From: Podarcis erhardii
Lineage: Eukaryota
Reading direction: 5' to 3' (one strand)
DNA length: 64,000 nucleotides
Assembly (NCBI GenBank): GCA_964252035.1
Contig: OZ176209.1
A program made the translations under genes and the position numbers. Of the stretch, positions 13,959 through 27,072 are shown piece after piece; position 1 is the first letter of the stretch, and every line of letters starts with the position of its first letter. A model generated the notes under the pieces. That model did no database searches. It worked only from the letters and a program-made list of their open reading frames with translations, and was not told the origin of the DNA.

Positions 13959-14561
13959 TGGTTAGGCTGCCAAAGAAATGACTTCATATCTCCTTTCAAC
14001 GTCATCTGTGTTCACAGCACAATTCTGAACAAGGATCCCAAATCAGAGTACTAATTATTCTTTAACTCTGTGTTCCTACAACCATATAATTAACAAATCG
14101 AGGCCAAGGGCATATACAATAAGAGCAAGAAATGCTTATGCAATAACAACACTTAAAGCTATTTTCACTACTTAACCAGTCACTTTGGCCAAACTGCATC
14201 TACCTGACAAACTAGAGCTCTGCTGTTCCCAATCTAAGCACCACAGTAAGTGTTACTATTCTTTCATAGCAAAAAGCAGCTCTGTCACCCACCTCAGAAA
14301 TTCTTCTTTTGCCTCCCCAGCTTTCAGTTCAGGCTGGGGGTGCAAAAGAAGAGACACGGCTTTAACTTTGAATCACCTCTTCTCCCCGTGATATCAGGTG
14401 GGTGCAGTGCAGGGCCTGGACCAGTTCTTGATTCAACTAGCCCACCCCTCCTGTAGAGCATAATTGCTATTAAAGCCTTCCTGCATGATCTTGGCTCTCA
14501 AAGGCTGGAGGGCAGGTGGGAGAGGGAAAGTACAAAGTTGGTTTAAGAATAACTTGTGGAT

Positions 14562-14722
14562 CAGAGCTCCCCAAACTGTTTCTCTCAACATGTTAAGTGT
14601 GTAGGTGTGTCGCATGAATGCTCCCTGCACTTCTCCAGAGGCTGGAAAACCGAAGGACTGTGTGGTGAAATGATGCATGTCTACAAAGTGTCACCAACAT
14701 GCAAAGTTTAACTCCAGTGCTG
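14562..14722. mobile_element. hAT-type non-autonomous element, opposite-orientation relative of 18503-18702
   Basis: Shares gtgtgtaggtgtg, tgcatgtcta and aaagtgtcaccaacat with the reverse complement of 18503-18702. Confidence 0.65.
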
Positions 14723-14960
14723 AAAAAAAATGCTCCGCTAGTCTACTTACTGAGGTAGCAATGGGCTCTTTGGAGTAACCTCCTAATTAGCAGAAAAGGA
14801 GCCGATCTCCTAAGAAGAGTAAGTTCCTGAGTGTTCTGAGCAGGAGAACAAGAAACTCTTACTGAAGTAAAGACAAATGCTAGCATCTAGGAGACAAGTA
14901 TTTATTTGATTAATAACTTACAAAAAAATGACAATTTTAATTTATGTAAGGAGTGCTATT

Positions 14961-14966
14961 TTTATT
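14961..14966 (-). terminator. Candidate poly(A) signal of ZDHHC17 (AATAAA on minus), implying a 3' UTR of about 2.9 kb
   Basis: TTTATT on plus, with a T/GT-rich tract downstream on minus. It closes an AT-rich UTR-like region (14950-17834) in which I recognised no repeats. Confidence 0.5.
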
Positions 14967-17834
14967 AAACATTTTACAGATTTTGTTCACCATGTAATAC
15001 ATCAACATTTTGACAGTAGTAAAATAATGCTTGGCACAGTTATAAATAAGGTAAATTAAAAAAATACTCAGTTTTAAACAATGATGCTCTTATGCATATT
15101 ACCTGTTAAAACAACTTAGGAGAGCATTGAGAAACTTAAAACCTGCAAAAAGAAAATAGCTTATCTAGGGCAGAAACAAATTTTTCATTTGCTTGTTCTG
15201 AATAGATCAATGAATATCTATCCAGTATATTTGGATTGCTTTCATGCAGCCCTCTAGAATGGTGTGGTCTGCTGCAATAAATAACAGAGTTCTTGGTAGA
15301 AAAAAATGCTGCATAGATACTCCCCCCCCCCAAAAAAAAACCTGCCAGAATTCAGGAAAAAAACGTTCAGTATTTCAGACTACTAGAATTATTCTAGCTG
15401 CCTCAGATGTAGAACCTTCTTCTGGGCAATTCTAACTCCATTATATTTTCTTTTTGCAGCACAGAGTTAAGCAAAATTTACACCCAAGTATTTTGGCTCA
15501 ACTGAAGTAGGATTTATTTTCACTATCAAGGACACAATTATTTGTACAAGGAATCCATATGGTGCACATTACTGTAACTTGCAAAAGAAATATAGATGTA
15601 TGTTACACAGATTTTTCTGGAGCTATGAAATATATTTAGCAAATAGATTAAGTAGGGCTTTCAACATCAAATGAGATTCTGCAGAGCTACACTTTCTCCA
15701 AAAGGGAGTCAACTCCATGTAATGTAAAATAAGAAATAGATGGCTCTGCTCAAACATGTTCAGCTTGAAACTAAAGTTTACAACTAGTGTTGTAAGAATA
15801 ATATATTCTTATTATAGTTCTAAGTTGTATCTGACAAGATGGCACAGGCCTCTTTTGCCATCCCTGCACCCAACTTCATTCTCTTTCCCTCAAAAATAGT
15901 GTGTCAAAGACAAGGTTGAATTTTTCCAGTATTAAACATTCACGTACACTAATGTTGCACTTCTGTAAATCTTGGTATCTGGTACTTGCAAACTATGCAC
16001 ACCTGGTGATCAAAGAAACGGCTAGAGGGAAAATGCCTACTTGAAAATGCTGAACATCAACTATTTACAGTTTCACTGCTCCTCTTACTAAGGCAAGGGG
16101 CGGGAATACCACTAGATTGCTTTAATACCTGTAATCTGCATATTACAGGAAATGCTAGTTTTGCCAAGCATCAAACATGCAGTGAAGTTGCAGGGTACAG
16201 TGCCTATTAACAGCAATATTGATCATTACTAACAAGCCCATTAGATACCTTCCTACATTTTTGGTTGGATAAAATGAAATGAGCAGCTTTTAAATATACT
16301 AACACACACACGCACGCACACTCACAAAGAGAAAACTATTTGATAAATTATGTATATACAGATAAACATTCTTTACACTGGTCTCGATCATCTGTATTAA
16401 GGTCCCCTCCCCAAATCCCCCTCACAGGATTCTCGAACCACTATGTTGCTACAGCACTTAAAAAGAGAACTTAACCGATTTTTCGAGTCTCTCTGTAAAC
16501 AATAGTTAAGGAAGCAGTGAATAATTCACAAGGAATATATAAAAATGCTGTAACATAAAATCAGTGCATCACATTCAACAACATAAAACTCTTCTGGAAT
16601 GCAACTTCATACCACTCCTTACCTTTCAAATATATCTGGTTCTGGTAACTTTGAGACAAACAAAGTTAAGGGTGTTTTCCCACTTGCCATTACCATATTC
16701 TTCAAGAAGCCATGTAATGTTTTTTCCCCACTTAAATCTGCTACAAAGGAATTATAACTTTCTTTAGCTTGAATTCCATCATTTTATGTAACGCAAAAGA
16801 GTTACTTGTTAATCAGTTTTTACTTCTCCAGCAGCCACATTCAATTTAACTGCAGTCATATCCTTCCCCGCTCCCCTATTACTGAGAGTTGGCCCTTTCA
16901 CTCTTTGGTTCCACCTACAGGACTTCGCACATCCTCCAATGACTGTAGACTACATCATGCAGAACTGTACCTACTACTTAGGTACCAGCATTTCACTGAC
17001 TGCATATATTATACGTTTTTATTTAGTTTTTGCAGATTATTATGCTATATTTTGTTTTGTGGTCTAATTTTCAAAAGTCGTATCATGCACCTAAATAGGG
17101 CTTTATACTGGACGAGATGTAATTTTGTGCAACTTCACCCACCCTCCCCAAATATACATCTTCACACAAGGCTTATTACGAGTAATTCAATATATCGGAA
17201 ACAAGACAGCTTTAACTGCCAACAGCCATTACATTTACGTAACAGTTTTGTGACTAATATCCTTCTGCGTCCTGCTTCCAACAACTTCACACTTTATGGT
17301 GGATTCCCAATAAGACCACATGATTCTTCGGAGTACTGAATGCACATTTTCAATGCAGATAATACTATAGCAAATCTGTACAAAAATTCCATTACAGGAA
17401 ATATAATACATTGATCTCAAAGTCTGGCTGCTTTGTAAAATTTGACTTTAATTCCAATGAAATTGTTCAAATTATGAAATAAATATTTCATGTTCAGCAC
17501 AGCATGACTTTAGTATGTTTGTATTTTAACAATCTCATGCTCCATTGTGAAAGCAGTTAAAAGGAAATAAAATGGCGTGAATATGTCTTTGTGAATCATT
17601 CCCACGGTAAGGACAGTTAAAATCCTTTTCTCATCTTCCTCCTCATTGTCAGGATTGGCAGTTTATTCTGTCCTTTGATTACATCTGTTAATAAAACTGA
17701 TGTAGAGAAGGTACCATTAGATTCACTGTTAGCTCTATTCATAGCATGCTACTGTTCAAGGGATGTGGATTTGAGAGAAACAAATTTTCAGGCACCACTC
17801 AGATACGATATGCTCACAGGTTTGGAGGTGGGTG

Positions 17835-17973
17835 TTACACTAGCTGGTAGCCACTTCCAGTTGTTTGGTCATATTCTATTGTATACTGCCTTGTCCAGTC
17901 CACAATAACAGGACGAAAAAGACCGCAGCATCTGAATTCAAAGAAGTCTATAATGTTTCTTATGCATCCATGG
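17835..17973 (-). CDS. ZDHHC17: ZDHHC17 exon 17, last coding exon (N/HGCIRNIIDFFEFRCCGLFRPVIVDWTRQYTIEYDQTTGSGYQLV*)
   Basis: Reverse-complement translation matches the recalled HIP14 C-terminus; tttttAG acceptor; TAA at 17835-17837; 139 nt. Confidence 0.97.
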
Positions 17974-18502
17974 CTAAAAAATACAAACAAAAATGGTGAC
18001 ATAAATATATGTTAGTCCAGCAAGTGCAACAATGTTAGTCATCATTAAGGAGGACTCCCCCCCCCCCGCCCCAATACATATAACTGTGCTTGTTGATATT
18101 TACAGAAACATTCACTGCTACCGAGGAGTGAAAAGCGTCAGCTATCAACCAAGAAGCCACACAGGGTTGTAAACTCTCAATAGGAAGCTTTAGGAAAGCT
18201 ATGATTTCTTGGCTTCAGTTTATCTGCCCCCTTTATAATGGGGATAATACTTCTGACCTAGTGTATTGGGTTTGGGGAAGGACTGGTTACATAGCACATG
18301 TGAGATATTACAAATACCCATTTAAATTGGCTAGAACTGAGTGAATTCATGGTTCTGATGGAACACAATTCACATATCTAATGTGGTTGCGGAGCCTGGC
18401 CGCTCCCACAAATGAGGGTATGATCACTATTTCATCAGATATTCTATAAGTCTCTGGATGCTGCTTTCAACAGCTCTGGATATGGTCATGTTCCCCCTAA
18501 AA

Positions 18503-18702
18503 CAGCTTTCCAAACTTTTTATGTTGGTGACACACTTTTTAGACATGCATTATTTTGCGACACAGTAATTCAGTTTTATTAGCAAACTGGAGGTTAAACT
18601 AACCCATTTCCCCAGCAGGAGTGTAGGGAGTGTTTGCATGGCACACCTACACACTGCAGCTGACACACTAATGGGTCATGACACATGGTTTGGAAAGCTC
18701 TG
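18503..18702. mobile_element. hAT-type non-autonomous element
   Basis: TIR-like ends cagctttccaaac / gtttggaaagctctg and a perfect 8-bp TSD CCCTAAAA (18495-18502, 18703-18710). Confidence 0.85.
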
Positions 18703-19763
18703 CCCTAAAAGTTCAGGTCTGTGGTTTGCGGGTTCTCATGGATCAATTACTATCGCCAGAGACAAAAGTGGTCTCAATGGCTTGAGTGCCTTTATAGCTT
18801 TGTCTGATGGCCCACTCCTTATGGATAATCCGGCTTCAGTGGCTTCCTCCTTGGTAACCTCATTTAGACAACTACTGGAAAACTCTTATATGTAGAGCTG
18901 CCTTTGAAGACAGTCCAGAAACTGCAGCCTGTGCAACCAGACTGCTGATTAGACTTTTACTTTTTGATGTTATCAAATTGCTGCTGTTTGATCATACTAC
19001 TGGTACCATTAATTCCAAAGGAAGAAAGATACACAAGAGGAAGAATAAGGCAGGGTGAACGGGACAAAGAGGTTTGGGGAAAGAAGAAAATGTAGGAGTC
19101 TTTGTCAATTATTAATGGGGTCATAGAGAAGAGAAAATGGGACCAAATTAGGGAAAGAGAAAGCAGATGTCTGTGTACTCTGAAGTTATTTTTTTTCTAA
19201 GGAATAATCTTTCATTTATGATGATGTTTATTTTGAAAGTTACTAGGTAGCTAGGATTTTTTGTGCATGTCAGTACTAATGGCGTATTTGCTTCCAAGAG
19301 AATCCAAGTATGTGAACAATATGAAATGGTAAATATTTGCATAGGCATGCATATGTATGAGGGAGAGAGAAAATGAACTGTAAGCTTTTTAGTTTTAGAA
19401 TTTTGTTTTGTTTTGAATTTGGGGGTGCTAAAAGAGAAATGTGTTTCTGCTCACATTCCAGTTATTTGTTTGGGGAAGTTGTCCATATTTCAATTTGTAT
19501 AAAATTTCCAGAGCAGGTAACTATACAACAAAAAAAATACTTTGATACCCTTCAAACAGTTTCCCCAATCAAGATCACACCCCTAACTCAGCTGCTTTCC
19601 TGGGAACATGTGGAAAGAGATTCACATCTTCTGTGGCTACCTTTTAGGGAAGGGGGGAAACAACCCAGCACCCATTCACCTGTGCCATTTAAGCTTTCCC
19701 TCACTTGTGAATACCACCTGCACGTTTGTATAAACACATTTCCATGTTTCTTTATGTACTTAC

Positions 19764-19858
19764 TTAAATGGGCTTTCGATAGATGTTGTTGTAACTTTAA
19801 AGTGCTTATATCGTCTTGCATTCATCCTTTCATTTGTAGTAATACCTAAACAAGAGAT
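19764..19858 (-). CDS. ZDHHC17: ZDHHC17 exon 16 (ISCLGITTNERMNARRYKHFKVTTTSIESPF)
   Basis: AG/GTAAGT boundaries, 95 nt, TTxE motif of DHHC enzymes. Confidence 0.97.
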
Positions 19859-21572
19859 CTGGGAGAAATGGAGGAGGGGAAATATTCAGAATCTTTGAAG
19901 ATGTAGTATATAAACCCGCTAAAGGAGGCATGGGGAACTTCCAGCCCATAGGTCTTATTAGGCCTGGCACAGGTCCCAATTTGGTCCACAAGGTGGTTCC
20001 ACCATGTCCATCTGCCCACATCTGATATCATATACGCATCAGGCGTGGAGGAGGGAGCGATGCAGCTGCCAATGTACAATAGGGAGCCTTAAAGCACTTT
20101 CCCAAATTAGCAAGGGAGACTTATTATCACCACCAATCGACTGTCTCCTGGGATCAGCAGGCCTGCTGGTATAGATTGTGCTATGCAGCTTCTCATGGGG
20201 TACTCCGCAGCACAGCAAACTGCCTGTTGAACTCAATAGTGCAGTGAATCCAAATGGCCTTGAAGTGAGAACCTATCAGCTGACAGGTAGTGACCTATCA
20301 GCTGACAGGTATTCCCACTGGAATAAGATGCACTATTAAAACTCCTATAGGTAAATCTATAGCATAGGCAATCCCTGCAGAAAGTGGGGGTTGAAGCCAG
20401 AACTGTTCTGCTGTAACTTCAAGACCACCTTTGGCAGCTTAGTACAAAGATGAAACAAGTTAGAGCTAAATGGAATACTTTTTCTGTATTGCATGCTAAC
20501 AGAGTTTGTGGTTAATGCACAAAAAACCTCTCTGATACATGGGATGTATACTGATGGTTGCTCTGAACCATGATGAACTTAATAATAGCTGTGAGTTAAC
20601 AGGTTCAATGATTTATTTTCAAAAACAGTCAAGCAGTAACTTTGGGCCTGCTAAAGAGAAAGTTTACCATAAGAGACTCTGTCATGTTAACACTTTCCTA
20701 TTCCTACCCGACAAAACATTGTTAGTGTTATATTACTTTGCCTATTATTTTGAGACACTGGCACAAATAGGCTGTGCTTGGATTATCATAGTACATTTTA
20801 ATAATCCAAGATAAGACAGAGTTTAGCTCCTCCATTTCTGCAAGTGAGGGAACATGCCAGGACGTCCCAGTTAACAATAGTTTCTTTTTGTGTCTTAATT
20901 GCTGACCCTCATTATCTAAGCAAACCCTCACCCTCAAACACTAATGGCTACTCGGATCAATTTCTTTAGTGAGACTTTGCATGTTCTGAACTTGCCTGGG
21001 TAAAGTCTTTATTGACTGTGTAAAAACAGTCAATTGCGTTTCAGTGATGCAAATTCCTTGCCAGCAGAACAGCTGCATCCAATATGTACTTGACGCCAAG
21101 TCTTTTCTATTCTCCTGTGTGTTTCTGTCACTCATGATCATTTATGATAAAAGATACATGAAAACAGATTTGAAACTAGCCACTTATTTTTTTCAACATT
21201 TTTGTATACCAAACCCAACCAAGTTCCATAGTGCTGGCAATCAAACCTGGTGGCACCCAAAGACTTGGGAAATAAGTGCATTTCAAGTTTGATGCTTTGC
21301 ATTAAAGAGAGAAACAGGCAAGGGCTTCAATATGCATTCAGATCCTCACATATGCAATGGAATCAACCCCCGGATTCTCAGGAAGGTTTCTGTCAGCAGA
21401 ATGAGGAGGTAAGCACTTTTCAATGATTTCCCATCTCCTCTGCAGCCCTCCCTCAACCTCAAATCTGCTCTGGAGAATCTCCCATCCCTCTGAAGCCTTA
21501 CTGCTTTACTGTCAGTGAGCAACACTGTTGAATGCAACCCTGCTTGTTGGCATATTAAGTGCTTTCTCCTAC

Positions 21573-21730
21573 CTGATACATCTGACACATTAGCAGCACA
21601 GCCACCCACATGAAGTGAAACACGCTATTCAAAAACATCCAGAACATCCAAGGTGAACAGGTGGCTATTTGTGTAATATATGTCCAAAATCCATCTGCTG
21701 TATAAGTAGTGTGACAGTGGATTCCCCAGT
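21573..21730 (-). CDS. ZDHHC17: ZDHHC17 exon 15 (Y/WGIHCHTTYTADGFWTYITQIATCSPWMFWMFLNSVFHFMWVAVLLMCQMYQ)
   Basis: AG/GTAGGA boundaries, 158 nt, transmembrane segment. Confidence 0.96.
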
Positions 21731-21979
21731 CTGGAATTAAAAAATACGTATCATTGGATTAGAAAATGATATCATTGGATTAGAAAAAATTTTTTGAACA
21801 TGAGCCTGCAGAATACAGGGCATGTTGCATGGGGAACATTTCCCAAAGCATTTTTTATGAGAAAAGAAAAACCCTACCAGGCAACAATCAAGGTATAGGT
21901 CAACGTTCACACAGAACATTGCAGGCACAGTAGGACTTAAACTAGGCATTGAGAAAATGGTTCAGGAAACAATACTCAC

Positions 21980-22063
21980 AAGAGATACATCCATAAATCA
22001 TCCAGCAAATCATGAATAGTAAAAAGAATAGATAGCCCATGAAATAACGATGGTTGCCAGCTC
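21980..22063 (-). CDS. ZDHHC17: ZDHHC17 exon 14 (G/AGNHRYFMGYLFFLLFMICWMIYGCIS)
   Basis: AG/GTGAGT boundaries, 84 nt, GxxNHRYF motif. Confidence 0.97.
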
Positions 22064-22971
22064 CTGAGAAGAAAGATTGGAAGTAAATGTATTTGTTTTT
22101 TATGCCATTTTAACAAGAGGCCAGAAAGTGTGCTTCTAGTAATACATAATATATAAAGCATAGCTTTCCCTGCCACAAGACTAGAAGAGTCTAGAAGAGT
22201 CTTATTTCAGCATGGCAATGCAGTTCATCACATGCTTTGCAAATAAAGTACAAGCTCCCCTGGGGAAAGAATTGGGAAGTATTCAAGAAGTAAATGAATA
22301 AGTGAGCATAAATATGCAATATGCAAATATACAATAAAAAGCTGACCTTCAGCCCAGTAACCTTTTCTCCTCCAAAATAAAACTATTTCATTTGCTTATG
22401 AATACTAATATTACCCTGAAATTTATATATTTATTTGAATATTTATAAACCACAAACTCAAAAAAATGAAAGTGGTACACAATAAAACTATTAATGCATC
22501 ATAAATTTTTAAAAGAAAAAAAGACCAACACTATATGAAATCAGTTCTCTAAAAATGCTCAGGCATTCTGTTGAGATGAATCCAGTTGGAAGTGCTTCAA
22601 ATGCAAAGCTTAAAGACTGTGTCTTAGCTTCACAGTGACCAAGATTTGTGACCATACTTGCTTCAAGATCACCTACCAAACATTCACATGAAAAATCTGC
22701 ATTCCCACAAAAAACAACAACCCTGCTCTCTGCTGTATTCATTTGCTATACTGCTTTAGCTCCCAGTGACGAAGACCGTTGGAGGTCAAGAGGCTGGGCT
22801 GAGCTTGCTTATGCTTCTAAACTATAGAATAAAAAATGTCTGGCATCTTCTTGGTCTGATAGCAGTGGTGAATACATGAATACTAAGAAACCGTGCTATG
22901 CTAAATGCACATACTATGTGAGATTGAAAGCTAAACACGATGGAAATTTTCTATTCCTTGTCAGTACTTAC

Positions 22972-23065
22972 CTACGCAGTTACCAACCCAGGGGCAGTGA
23001 TGATCAAACTTGGCTATACATCGATTGCACACACCACAGTGTTTGGACCTCACCGGTTTCCGTAT
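22972..23065 (-). CDS. ZDHHC17: ZDHHC17 exon 13 with catalytic DHHC ([31 protein letters not shown])
   Basis: DHHC codons at 22994-23005; AG/GTAAGT boundaries; 94 nt. Confidence 0.98.
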
Positions 23066-24914
23066 CTGTTCAACAGATTTTTATATGCATACAATGTAAC
23101 ACGCTTTTCATATTATCAATCTTTAATATGAATTTTGAACACTATGTTACTATTGTTGTTGCTTCTAGTACTCATGCATGTCATGATACCAAGAATGTAA
23201 CCATGTGGAGCTTGTAGTTCTAGCTTCACCTAGCAAAAATATACCTCCCTTACTTTAACTTTCCTCTAAACAGAAGCTTTGTATTTGTCACCTACACCCA
23301 CTAGACAAGTCTTATATACTATACACAAGTCTTACAGCATTTGCAATCACCAATCTCAATTAAATTGAAACAAAAAAATTCTCCTTTCCATTGCAAAACA
23401 GAATTTCCCACTGTTCTGTTTACTGCCGACACTGAAACTCTGAATTAGAGATCAAAGAAACTGATGACGATACTGATGGAAAAGCTTGCAGAGTTTACAA
23501 AAGATTAAGTATTTTGGTGATTTTTATCATCTGCAGTTAGATCAGTTACTTATGGGTGGATACATAAATAATTTGTATTCCATATAGAAAAAACTGAGCA
23601 TAACACTGTTGTAATGCTGTCGGTGAAAACATTTCATCAAAACAAATGTCAGCGCACAAAAGTTATTTTATCTTGAGAATGACACCTACAATATTTAACA
23701 CTTGCATTTTAAAAATAGTGTATCTATCAAGTAATAAACAATTTGTCTGAAATACAAAATACTCAGATCTGTAGTCAAGACTATCTTATCAATGTCCCAA
23801 AGTAAGAGAACACTTATGTTTCACCATATCTCAAGTTCTTAAAAGATTTTCATACAGAGCAACAAGTTTTTAAATACCATTATAGTATCAAATAATTTAT
23901 GCAACATGATATATGGTATTTAGTTTTAAAGGTTTTATATTAAAGAGTCCAGAGTTGCATGTATTTAGATTCTGGATAGGAATATAAATGTATCATAACA
24001 ATCTCATAATTCCTGTATATTTTGAGAACATTATTATATAAAGCACATTCTGCTTACTTCATTACAGATGTTTTAGATAAGGTAAAACTTTTAATGAAGT
24101 GACAGCTGATTATAACTAATGTTGGTATTTACTTTATACACACCACAAACTGAACAACAAAATATCCAGTATAAGATGTGTGTGTATCTAAAATGGCACT
24201 GTAAATTTAATCTGAAGTTATTAATGGAAGTATTTTCATGGTTTTGCTCTATACTCGGAGATCTATGCACTTGTTTGATTTAGTCACAATCTGAAGTAGT
24301 CCTCTTCTATCTCCTATTTTTAGGATTCTAATCCAGGGTTGTCATTAAGATACATAGGAACAACAATAACTTTAAGAATTACTAGGAACTCTTGTATTGC
24401 TCCTGCTAAATACTTTGGTAGTGGGAAGTCTTACCACAGGGAGTAGCAACAGATACCATAGCACACCTAGTGTACTAGAACATAATTTTTCTATTTTAAC
24501 GTCTGGAACAGTCTGCTGCCCAGATTTCTATACTGACTTAAGAGAGCCACTGTATTTTGATATAAAAACCTGTGAGTGTTTTAAGTTAAGCTTCTACCCA
24601 AATCCATCTGAACTTCTGTCAAGGACATCCCACTGGAATACAGAGTCCTAACTTGGTGGGACAGGGACTCCAGTAAGGAATTTTGATATCCTGCTTTCTT
24701 CTGGATCCATCACAACCACCCTATGGACTTGCCTTTTCCTATTCCTAGGAAGCGTGGCATTCATATGCCCAAATACTGGCTTAGGATTTTAGTTGGCAGA
24801 GGCTCACTTATACCCTGTATGAATATCGCAAGGTCGAAGAATACACTCATTTTCTAAATAGACATGATGTTAAAATTGGTAATTTAATTACATGTAAGCA
24901 AAAAAGCATACTAC

Positions 24915-24977
24915 CAAACAGGTACTGCAGAATATACTGAGGTCCAGACTTCCTGTCTCTGCAAGTTCCACTATTGT
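24915..24977 (-). CDS. ZDHHC17: ZDHHC17 exon 12 (TIVELAETGSLDLSIFCSTCL)
   Basis: ttctgcAG acceptor, weak GTAGTA donor, 63 nt, matches recalled HIP14. Confidence 0.95.
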
Positions 24978-25988
24978 CTGCAGAAAAGGAAAAATAAGAA
25001 TATTTAATCATTTAAGAACCATATTCATACATGTTTCATAAGTCGACTCTAGTTGACAAACTTATGTCATAAAACAATTTGTTAGCCTTCAAGGTGCCAG
25101 GAGATTCTTGGCTGTTTTTACTGCAAAAGCTACCCCACTGGAAATCCCAACTTCTATTAACACACTCAGATTAGTTTAACACCATCTCAAGCTTGGACAA
25201 AAAGATCTTAATGCCATTTTATTCACATCAAAGAAATTCGTCACCATTAGAGCCTATATAAACACACATGTGTAACTGGTTCTGCCCCAATTGCCTCTAA
25301 GATACAAGGGGACTCTATCCAGCAGCAAGATCATTAGTTTCTGGCTGCTTCTCAAGATTGCACCAGCATTAGGGCTGTTGGGTCACTCCAGTAACAGGCA
25401 TATCCTTTCCAACCTCAAAAATGTATCCCCTCGCATTCAGTTTGAAGCCGTTACAACCACCCTATGTTCTGCTGCGGTGACATGAAGAGGATAGCTGGGA
25501 TACATTAAAATCTCCCAATACACAGAACACTATATCGGGAAGGAGAGTCTACAGCCTAGTCTTTTTTCTGGACGTGCTGGTTTCCTTTCAAGGATGACAT
25601 CTTCACCTTCATTTTCAACTGGACCAAAAACAACTACACCATGTGATGAGTAATCTGTCTGGGCTTAGACACACACACACACACGTACATTTTAAACACC
25701 AGAAATATCTGGATAACCTCAGCAGATTTCCCAGTAGCAAAGCATTTAGTTTGCTTAGACTACAATTACCTCAGATGTTCTTAAATGGAAGAACTTGGCG
25801 AAACAGAGACAGAAACAATTTTCAGCAACTCCCTGTCTCCTCTGCAGCCCCCTGTGCCCCTCTGTGGGAGGCTGGGTGGGGGAAACTTTCCTGTAATTGC
25901 TTTGATTAGAAAACACTTTGAGTGTGTACACAGAAAATCTAAACAGCATCTTCAACCATTAACAAGAATGGACTGTTTTGCTTTTTAC

Positions 25989-26113
25989 CTTTTTCTTTTG
26001 TTCTTCTGTGGCTTTAATTATTCCTGGGTCTGATTTCCAAGATTTTCCAAAATTGTAGAAAAGTGCAACACTATTAGCAAGAAATGGAAGGTGGATGAAC
26101 ACAAAATTTAGAT
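25989..26113 (-). CDS. ZDHHC17: ZDHHC17 exon 11 (D/LNFVFIHLPFLANSVALFYNFGKSWKSDPGIIKATEEQKKK)
   Basis: Preceded by an AC acceptor and U12 branch site; donor GTAAAA; 125 nt; DPG motif. Confidence 0.96.
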
Positions 26114-26540
26114 GTATTAAATGTTAAGGAATTTGAATATGTTTTCTTTCCTGTTAAAAATAATTATTATCTGAAAATAATAGAATTCTGCAATACACTT
26201 TTTTGTTGCACAGGGAATGTACTAGATGCATGTCAAGACATCTAATAATTCTTTTTTGTCATTTTATGCTGTTCAAGTGTATCATCTTGCCTTAATTTGT
26301 TTGATAGCTCCAAAATTAGCAGTGCAACATTATAAATGGTCTCTCAAAAGTCTGAATTCAGTTGAGCTTATTTCCTAGTCAATGTGTTTAGGATTGCAGC
26401 TTTTGTATCTTTAAATCATTTTCTGACAGAAAACATTGAAATGGTCAACCATTTTTTAATATATTTTTTACTGTTTATGCCTATTAATGGCCTGAAATTC
26501 CAGCTATATCACAAAAAAACCTCTATAATAAAAGAGATTA

Positions 26541-27072
26541 CCGTATTTTTCGTCCCATAGGACGCTCCGTCCCATAGGAAGCACCTAATATTTTTTTTGG
26601 GGGGGGGGGAATAAAGGAATTTTCTTTTCAATTATTTCCCCCCAAAAACCAGGTTGGGGAACAGCGGGATGGCGGTGCTGCGCCTCCCCGCTGTCCCCCG
26701 AGCTTTGTGGGGCTGGCTGATGTCTGCCCGAAGCGCGGGGCACTCTGCTTCAGCGCGCCCGTGCTCCGTGCAGCAGGTTGCTATCCACAGCCTAGGGAGC
26801 CCTGCAGGAATTCCCGCAGGGCTCCTCAGGCTGGGGTTCCCCATGCTGCGGATGTCTGCCCGGCGCACGGGGCGCTCTGCTTCAGGGCGCCCCGCGCGCC
26901 GGGCGGCAGGTTGCTATCCACAGCCTAGGGAGCCCTGCGGGAACTCCCAGGGGCTCCCCAGGCTTGCTGATAGCTTCCTGAAGCCTGGAGAACGAGAGGG
27001 GTCGGTGCGCACACAGATTTCCCCTTCATTTTTGGAGGGGAAAAAGTGCGTCCTATAGGACGAAAAATACAG
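26541..27072. mobile_element. Non-autonomous TA-flanked TIR element (Tc1/mariner-pogo type, family B) with GC-rich, internally duplicated core
   Basis: TA-CCGTATTTTTCGTCCCATAGGACGC ... GCGTCCTATAGGACGAAAAATACAG-TA. Confidence 0.88.

Noticed and set aside
16806-17339. 177-aa plus-strand ORF
   Set aside because: Antisense to the ZDHHC17 3' UTR, non-ATG start, no recognisable homology; probably chance.
21341-21414. Plus-strand exon-like segment ending gag|GTAAGC, antisense to ZDHHC17
   Set aside because: An isolated splice-like motif with no supporting structure; common by chance and in repeats.
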